Virus record (IMG/VR): IMGVR_UViG_3300028591_000018
Source: an uncultured virus (IMG/VR IMGVR_UViG_3300028591_000018)
Taxonomy: Duplodnaviria; Heunggongvirae; Uroviricota; Caudoviricetes
Direction: 5' to 3' (one strand)
DNA length: 22,889 bases
Below are positions 1-5,081 of this stretch, in pieces. The position numbers were made by a program, and so were the translations under genes. The stretch's first letter is position 1; each line of letters begins with the position of its first letter. The notes beneath the pieces are model-generated. The model saw only the letters and a program-made list of their open reading frames with translations, ran no database searches and was not told where the DNA came from.

Positions 1-1
1 A

Positions 2-148
2 TCCATAAAAATCAATCATTTTGCGTTTGCGATATCCGTACCGCCACATGGCAAGGCCGGTATTGCATTCAGGACAGCATACGGGTTTAGTGTATCGAAG
101 ATGATACCCATCAGAATAAACTATCGGCTCGTATTCGATCATGATCAT
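2..148 (-). CDS. Partial CDS (runs off the left edge): CxxC zinc-ribbon protein, DUF6431-like
   Basis: Not in the ORF track. Manual translation from ATG 148 (alternative ATG 172): MIMIEYEPIVYSDGYHLRYTKPVCCPECNTGLAMWRYGYRKRKMIDFYG..., no stop before the edge. The CPEC...GYRKRK..D..G pattern resembles DUF6431-type zinc ribbons (recalled, not searched). Confidence 0.6.
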   Translation of the reverse strand, partial: MIMIEYEPIVYSDGYHLRYTKPVCCPECNTGLAMWRYGYRKRKMIDFYG

Positions 149-175
149 GTAAAAAATAAGTGCATAATACATACG

Positions 176-370
176 AAAAAATAAAAAGGATAAGTTACAA
201 ATTTGTGATCCGTTCACACCGGATCATTCATAAATCCTATCCTGTAAAAATTCAAGCTACAATTTTGCTCTCCACGGGTCATGTAGCCAACCTCTGTTTA
301 TGACCGTTCCTTTCCAAGTTTACGGTTAACCCAATTTCCGGTAAGGCACTTTCATAAAGCACACCTTTCC
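176..370 (-). ncRNA. Putative structured non-coding RNA or leader
   Basis: No ORF over 30 aa inside it on the minus strand. Several stems: 343-367, 301-328, 256-287, and 206-226 (perfect TGATCCG/CGGATCA) enclosed by AGGATA 187-192 / TATCCT 238-243. It ends in a minus-strand U-rich tract (176-186) and follows a promoter-like motif at 371-398. Confidence 0.35.
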
Positions 371-398
371 CTCACTATAGTCCATGCGCACATCGCGA
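371..398 (-). promoter_or_regulatory. Promoter-like motif, copy 2 (TCGCG...TATAGTGAG)
   Basis: TCGCGATGTGCGCATGGACTATAGTGAG matches the copy at 730-703 at 18/28 positions without gaps. It contains the -10-like hexamer TATAGT and begins directly after a terminator. Confidence 0.45.
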
Positions 399-423
399 AA
401 AATAAAGAGCCCTTGTGGGGCTC
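398..423 (-). terminator. Rho-independent terminator of the 73-aa gene
   Basis: Minus strand GAGCCC-cacaa-GGGCTC-TTTATTTTT, 10 nt after the stop at 434. Confidence 0.8.
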
Positions 424-433
424 GTTTCAAAGG

Positions 434-655
434 TCAGTGATGACCTTTGAACAGAAATACTTCTAAGTCTGAGTCGTAGTCCAACTCTGACTCTGAAACC
501 TTTTTTACTGGCTGCTTTTCTGCAGCCTCTACGTCTTCGATATACCCTTTGATATATCCAAAAACCCCAATTAACGTGACAGTAGCTGCCACAAAACAAT
601 AAATTGTATTTATTGTTTCAATAATTTTTTTGATTATTTTAAAAAATTTTTTCAT
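434..655 (-). CDS. Small membrane protein, 73 aa, function unknown
   Basis: AAGGAG ribosome-binding site (RBS) at 670-665. Basic amphipathic N-terminus, one hydrophobic segment (IYCFVAATVTLIGVFGYI), acidic tail, and its own terminator. Confidence 0.75.
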   Translation of the reverse strand: MKKFFKIIKKIIETINTIYCFVAATVTLIGVFGYIKGYIEDVEAAEKQPVKKVSESELDYDSDLEVFLFKGHH

Positions 656-673
656 ATTTTTTTTCTCCTTTTT

Positions 674-705
674 AAAAATAAAGAGCAGATCATTTATGTC
701 TGCTC
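674..705 (-). terminator. Terminator-like hairpin upstream of the 73-aa gene RBS
   Basis: Minus strand GAGCAGA-cataaatga-TCTGCTC-TTTATTTTT: 7-bp perfect stem with the same tail as the terminator at 398-423. Confidence 0.55.
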
Positions 706-730
706 AATAAAGGCGTTGTAAAAACCGCGA
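703..730 (-). promoter_or_regulatory. Promoter-like motif, copy 1 (TCGCG...TTTATTGAG)
   Basis: TCGCGGTTTTTACAACGCCTTTATTGAG aligns without gaps to the copy at 398-371. It lies upstream of the leftward genes, divergent from the integrase. Confidence 0.45.
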
Positions 731-737
731 TTATAAA

Positions 738-767
738 TTGTAGGAGTATAATAACTTCTACAAGGAG
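738..767 (+). promoter_or_regulatory. Integrase -10 box inside an imperfect palindrome, plus RBS
   Basis: TATAAT at 747-752 is flanked by TGTAGGAGT (739-747) and ACTTCTACA (754-762). AAGGAG at 762-767 precedes ATG 779. No canonical -35 at 17-bp spacing. Confidence 0.55.
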
Positions 768-778
768 AAAAAATATCA

Positions 779-1999
779 ATGCTGATAAAGTGTCCGGAAT
801 GTGAACTGTCAGTGAGTGATAAAGCCATTATATGCCCTCACTGCGGCTATCCTTTAAAGCCCGAAGCGAAGAATATCAATTACCGATCCACCAGAAGGAA
901 GCGCCTTCCGAATGGTTTTGGGCAAATATCAAAGATCAAAGGGGCGAACCTTCGTAAACCTTTCCGAGCCATGGTCACGATCGGAAAAACCGACGAAGGA
1001 AAACCCGTATGCCGATTATTACAGCCGGAAGCCTACTTCGAAACCTACAATGATGCTTATCAGGCATTAGTAAAATATAATAAAGATCCATATGTATTTA
1101 GCAATAATTTAACTGTTGGAGAGCTATACGAAAGATGGAGTGAATATCATTTTAAAACAATTTCTGCAGGTGCGGCGACAAACCTTGGAGCAGCCTGGAA
1201 ATACTGCAATTCCATCAAAAATATCAAACTTGTTGATCTGCGAAGTCGGCACATAAAGTATTGCATGGAAGAAGGAACTGTTACACTAAAAAACGGAAAT
1301 ATCAAACATCCCTCAGTAAACATGAAAAACGTGATTAAAGTCATGTTTAATCAAATGCTTGATTATGCTGTTGAATACGAATTGATCGATCGAAATTATG
1401 CCCGAAACTTCTCTGTATCAAAAGAAGACCGTAAAGAGATGGCAGAAAACCGTGAAAGCCATATCCCGTATACTGATGAAGAAATCGAAAAACTCTGGGA
1501 AAATATCAATTTCAATGAAGTTATAGGTATTATTCTGATTCAGTGCTATACCGGTTGGCGTCCGAAAGAACTTGAAATCATGAAAATCAGTGATATTGAC
1601 CTTGAACTTGGAACCATGAAAGGCGGTGTCAAAACCAGAGCCGGCAAAAATCGCATTGTACCGATCCACTCAAGAATCTATGATCTCATTAAAAAGTATT
1701 ATGAAGCCAGTAAAAAATCCGGCAGCGAATATCTTTTTACAATGACCGGCCGCAGCAAACTATTTTCCTACACGAAATTCGATTGGAACCTGAAACAAAT
1801 CAAGTCACAATTAAATCTAAACGACCGTCACCGTCCCCACGATGGTCGTGCGCACTTTATCACCCAGGCCAAAAAATATCACATGGATGAATACGCCATC
1901 AAACGAATCGTCGGACATGAAATCAAAGACCTAACCGAAAACGTCTACACCACCCGAGATCTCGAATGGCTAAAAGCCGAAATCGAAAAAATACCTTAA
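779..1999 (+). CDS. int: Tyrosine recombinase / phage integrase with N-terminal zinc ribbon
   Basis: Catalytic set visible: R (YTGWRPKEL), K (GGVKTRAG), HxxR (HDGR), H (VGHE), Y (TENVY). N-terminal CPEC...CPHC zinc ribbon, then an RLPNGFGQI arm-binding-like segment and a SAM-like core-binding region. Confidence 0.95.
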   Translation: MLIKCPECELSVSDKAIICPHCGYPLKPEAKNINYRSTRRKRLPNGFGQISKIKGANLRKPFRAMVTIGKTDEGKPVCRLLQPEAYFETYNDAYQALVKYNKDPYVFSNNLTVGELYERWSEYHFKTISAGAATNLGAAWKYCNSIKNIKLVDLRSRHIKYCMEEGTVTLKNGNIKHPSVNMKNVIKVMFNQMLDYAVEYELIDRNYARNFSVSKEDRKEMAENRESHIPYTDEEIEKLWENINFNEVIGIILIQCYTGWRPKELEIMKISDIDLELGTMKGGVKTRAGKNRIVPIHSRIYDLIKKYYEASKKSGSEYLFTMTGRSKLFSYTKFDWNLKQIKSQLNLNDRHRPHDGRAHFITQAKKYHMDEYAIKRIVGHEIKDLTENVYTTRDLEWLKAEIEKIP

Positions 2000-2274
2000 A
2001 AAATAAAAGCCCATGTTTTTCCCACGCTCGTTGTTCCTCACTCATACATCATTCCTACAACTTTAAGCGTTTTTACGAGTAAATATCCCCCTGGGGGATT
2101 TTATGCTATTAAATAAATTCTCTTAAGATTTGCCATTTTTACGAGTAATTTGAGGTGTTTTATTGCCATAAATGGGTCCAAAATGTAGGAGATTCATACA
2201 GTATTCCTACATAAAGCTTAAAAGAATGGTGTAGAAAGTAAATATAATTCTACACCATTCATAATACGTATTAC
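2000..2274. other. Candidate attP region with clustered 9-bp repeats
   Basis: AT-rich non-coding gap directly downstream of int. It has multiple TGTA(G/T)GA(A/G)T-like motifs, an exact 13-nt direct repeat TTTTTACGAGTAA (2070-2082, 2136-2148) and a 16/18 repeat TCATACAnnATTCCTACA (2042-2059, 2194-2211). Confidence 0.55.
2220..2260 (-). terminator. Terminator of the late tail operon
   Basis: Perfect 13-bp stem GAATGGTGTAGAA (2224-2236) / TTCTACACCATTC (2248-2260), 11-nt loop, TTTT following on the minus strand, 14 nt after the last stop codon (2275). Confidence 0.75.
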
Positions 2275-2613
2275 TTATTCTTCCGGAAGTTCGATGATGC
2301 CGGTGATCCATTCAAGTTTCCGGGCCATGATTGACACAATAACTGAATGAATAGTTGACTCCGGGACATCATCCGGATCACAGGCTTTAATTGCATCGTC
2401 GCTGATTGCGAGACTTGCAACAATTTTGATTGTTCGGCTGAGCTCTGTGAGAATCAACCGAATAGCCTGTCTGGTCTGCTCCTTTTGAAGCGGGTCGGTG
2501 ATTTCGTCCAGACCTTCCGTAGTCCAATAACCTGCCCAATCGAGCAGTTCCACAGCGGTAACTCTCTGGAGTTCGCCGCTTTCAAAATATTGCCAACGTT
2601 CTTGATTTGTCAT
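2275..2613 (-). CDS. Hypothetical alpha-helical protein, 112 aa, last gene of the tail operon
   Basis: AAGGAGAG RBS directly after the upstream stop. No family recognised. Confidence 0.8.
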   Translation of the reverse strand: MTNQERWQYFESGELQRVTAVELLDWAGYWTTEGLDEITDPLQKEQTRQAIRLILTELSRTIKIVASLAISDDAIKACDPDDVPESTIHSVIVSIMARKLEWITGIIELPEE

Positions 2614-2625
2614 AATTTTCTCTCC

Positions 2626-3999
2626 TTATTCAAGCCACACGTCCAAAATATGGACTTCGATATCCGCATTCATGTTAGGGTGGAAGTTGTCATAAAGTAT
2701 GATATACGTGCCTGTCAGTGACGAGATGTTGATCTCAATCGGCACAAATTCATACCCCGAGTTGACCGTATTTGCATGCTCCTGATGCGCCAAAAACTTT
2801 GTACCCAACTCGCTGGTTTTGCAAGTCAGCGTCGAGGATGTACTCGAAGCATTGAACACGCCGAACCATGAACCCTGTGGGTCAGTGTCCCGACGATTTC
2901 TGCGATGGAGCAAAGCGCATAGTTTGCTGTAAGGCTGTAGGTTGATACCTCTTGCAGTCATGACATACATGGCCTTTTCCGATGTCCCGTCAGTGGATGA
3001 GTATCTGCCGCCAAGAAAAACACCGCCGCCCCATGGCTCACCGGACCAGCTCCCAAGTGTCATCCGGGTCATACTGTAGTTTGTACCCCCGTTTGTTCGA
3101 TGATAAAATGTGCCGCTCGACCAACCGCCTGTCAGAGCATTATTATCACCTGTTTCATGAGAAAACAAATAAGTCCTGAATGGATATACCTGTCTTGCAA
3201 CGCCATTCACACCAGCATAAACTTTTGAGATTTGGCGAGCAGCACCATTAACACCCGCATATATCTTGCTTACAAGCTGAGCAATAGTCTGAGGTGCTGA
3301 TACTGCCGGACCACAAATAAATTCGGATCCAGTAGCATTTGATGCATTGGTATAAAACACTTGATGTACTGTATCAAATAGTCCGGGCTTATTATCAGCT
3401 TTACGATAGCATGGAATATAATCACGGGCGAGCACGTATGATCCAGAGCTATAGTTATAGGTTTTATAGCTATGCAGTCTTAAACCATTTTGAATGGTAT
3501 CCCATACTCCATCCGTACTATTAACAGTGAATATTGCACCGTAGACAGTCGTTTTAACAAAAGAGTTATCCCATACTTCCGGAGAGACCGATTCAGAAGT
3601 TTGGCCATATGAAACTTTACTGGTAAGTGTCTCACAACTGCCACTTACTGTATAATCACCAATTTCAAATGTAAACTGTCCACCTTCCGGATCAGTGGAT
3701 GTTGAAAAGTTCGGTGCGCTTCCACCAACAGCAGACACAAAGCATTCATCGAAATACTGAGATTCACCAGTCCACTGTGCCCAATACTGGCTGGTTTCTT
3801 CAGTATCAGTATCCATTGCTCCAAACAAAGGGCATGGAGTTGCCCCACCAGTTACATTCGAAAACACTGCTACTGTCTTAGTTCTTACGCCGGGTTGATG
3901 AGTGGTCTGAATATACGCATTTCCGTCCGTTTCGAGGTATTCAACTTCCTGATACTCACTAGGAAGCTTTATAGGGCCGACATAAATTTTTCCTGCCAT
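2626..3999 (-). CDS. Putative receptor-binding/adhesin protein, about 457 aa: ConA/LamG-like domain, KxYxGVNGxAR repeats, C-terminal beta domain
   Basis: Start moved from 4053 to ATG 3999 (GAGG RBS, 1 nt after the upstream TAG). The LPSEYQEVEYLE...LARDYIPCYRK..GLFD domain is shared with the 908-aa protein. VSKIYAGVNGAARQISKVYAGVNGVARQVY is shared with the 289-aa protein. Confidence 0.75.
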   Translation of the reverse strand: MAGKIYVGPIKLPSEYQEVEYLETDGNAYIQTTHQPGVRTKTVAVFSNVTGGATPCPLFGAMDTDTEETSQYWAQWTGESQYFDECFVSAVGGSAPNFSTSTDPEGGQFTFEIGDYTVSGSCETLTSKVSYGQTSESVSPEVWDNSFVKTTVYGAIFTVNSTDGVWDTIQNGLRLHSYKTYNYSSGSYVLARDYIPCYRKADNKPGLFDTVHQVFYTNASNATGSEFICGPAVSAPQTIAQLVSKIYAGVNGAARQISKVYAGVNGVARQVYPFRTYLFSHETGDNNALTGGWSSGTFYHRTNGGTNYSMTRMTLGSWSGEPWGGGVFLGGRYSSTDGTSEKAMYVMTARGINLQPYSKLCALLHRRNRRDTDPQGSWFGVFNASSTSSTLTCKTSELGTKFLAHQEHANTVNSGYEFVPIEINISSLTGTYIILYDNFHPNMNADIEVHILDVWLE

Positions 4000-4000
4000 A

Positions 4001-4270
4001 CTATGCCTCGTAATAGAAATACAGTTTTCCTGAGTCGAGTGCAGAAACGCCATCGGTCAGGTCAACAGAGGAAATGACATAGTCCGGGCGAATCTCGATT
4101 CCGCCATGAGTATGTGAAGCATTTGCCTTTCCGTCCAGCGCTGTCTGCAGGTCTGTCTGATTAGACAATGTGCCGCCGATCGTTCCCCATGCACCTCCAC
4201 TTGCTCTGGCGGTTGTATCTTTAATATCGTAAACTGTTCCGTTTACTTTAATTTTTGAAATATCAGCCAT
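4001..4270 (-). CDS. Small tail-fibre adaptor-like protein, 89 aa
   Basis: N-terminus MADISKIKVNGTVYDIKD resembles the 127-aa protein. It has a fibre-like segment WGTIGGTLSNQTDLQTALDGKANASHTH and a C-terminus DLTDGVSALDSGKLYFYYE resembling the 193-aa protein. GGAGG RBS and ATGGCTGA overlap with the upstream gene. Confidence 0.75.
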   Translation of the reverse strand: MADISKIKVNGTVYDIKDTTARASGGAWGTIGGTLSNQTDLQTALDGKANASHTHGGIEIRPDYVISSVDLTDGVSALDSGKLYFYYEA

Positions 4271-4526
4271 TATTGCCTCCTTCTATTTCGAAGATGATCT
4301 GATCTTCATTACCCGTTCCGATAACGATTGTCAGTACCTCCTCATTATCCACAGTAAAAGCCGGGCTGATTTTTTCACCTTCATAAATTGTCATCTGACC
4401 TGTAATGATCCGTCCATCACGCGAATGTGCAGTAGCCCCCATAAGGAGGTTACTCTCATTCACAGTATCAGATGTCAGGTCAATTATTGTTTCACCTTCA
4501 TATATAACTTTACTTACGTCAGGCAT
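4263..4526 (-). CDS. Small tail-associated protein, 87 aa (KVxY...IDLTxDT module)
   Basis: VSKVIYEGETIIDLTSDTV...GATAHSRDGRIITG matches segments of the 908-aa and 200-aa proteins. AGGAG RBS. Confidence 0.75.
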   Translation of the reverse strand: MPDVSKVIYEGETIIDLTSDTVNESNLLMGATAHSRDGRIITGQMTIYEGEKISPAFTVDNEEVLTIVIGTGNEDQIIFEIEGGNNG

Positions 4527-4540
4527 GAGATTTATTCTCC

Positions 4541-4924
4541 TCAGGATGCTGTAATACCGGTTACAACCGTTTTCGATGTCACAGAAATATTCGGAATAGT
4601 TCGAGCAGTGTAACTGAGTGACGGGAGACTACCGAAAGAAATTTCCAGAACCTCACCGGTCACAGTCGCACTCGGCAGTGTCCCGGCACTCCATGCCGTA
4701 ATATCATCCGCAGCAATTGCGGTACCAGCTGCTGCGGAACCCACGGTGTCAGTGGTCGGAGTAACTGTCGGGAGATCGCTCCACTCCGTGTCATAACTGG
4801 TAGAAGAAGCTTTCATCAAAAACTGCCCTGCACTTCCTCCGGACGGTATTTTCTTAGTCTGTGCATCCGCATCCCGAATATCATAGACTACGTCATTTAC
4901 TTTAATTTGAGAAATATTCGGCAT
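4541..4924 (-). CDS. Small tail-fibre-like protein, 127 aa
   Basis: GGAGGAGG RBS region. PSGGSAGQFLMKASSTSYDTEW is a P.GG..GQ.L.K...W motif of the kind common in phage fibres. Ser/Thr-rich. Confidence 0.75.
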   Translation of the reverse strand: MPNISQIKVNDVVYDIRDADAQTKKIPSGGSAGQFLMKASSTSYDTEWSDLPTVTPTTDTVGSAAAGTAIAADDITAWSAGTLPSATVTGEVLEISFGSLPSLSYTARTIPNISVTSKTVVTGITAS

Positions 4925-5072
4925 CGTTCGCTTCCTCCTCCGGGATTTCCTCCCAATTTAAAATATCATCGCCTACGCCAAGCCAGATCTCTGCGCCGTA
5001 TGCTCCATTTTTCCAGAGAACCTTGCCTTCGTCGGCAATGTAATGATTTGTATAGATTGTGTCCTGTGTCAT
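4902..5072 (-). CDS. Small acidic protein, 56 aa, missed by the ORF track
   Basis: AAGGAGG RBS directly after the stop of the 908-aa gene. Translation: MTQDTIYTNHYIADEGKVLWKNGAYGAEIWLGVGDDILNWEEIPEEEANDAEYFSN*. It fills the operon gap and overlaps the next start. Confidence 0.85.
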   Translation of the reverse strand: MTQDTIYTNHYIADEGKVLWKNGAYGAEIWLGVGDDILNWEEIPEEEANDAEYFSN

Positions 5073-5081
5073 ATTGCCTCC

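Noticed and set aside
375..599. 74-aa minus-strand ORF overlapping the 73-aa gene
   Set aside because: It lacks an RBS, runs through the terminator, and the overlapping frame has a clear RBS and terminator.
1147..1669. Two short minus-strand ORFs inside the integrase
   Set aside because: Antisense to a conserved gene with no supporting signals.
1998..2030. Terminator directly after int on the minus strand (GGGCTTTTATTTTTT)
   Set aside because: The tail matches the other terminators but the stem partner is weak and bulged. Possibly decayed, so not called as a feature.
2040..2260. CRISPR mini-array (TTCTAC/GTAGA resembles Cas12a repeat stems)
   Set aside because: The repeats are 9-18 nt, in mixed orientation and irregularly spaced, with no constant repeat-spacer period and no cas genes.
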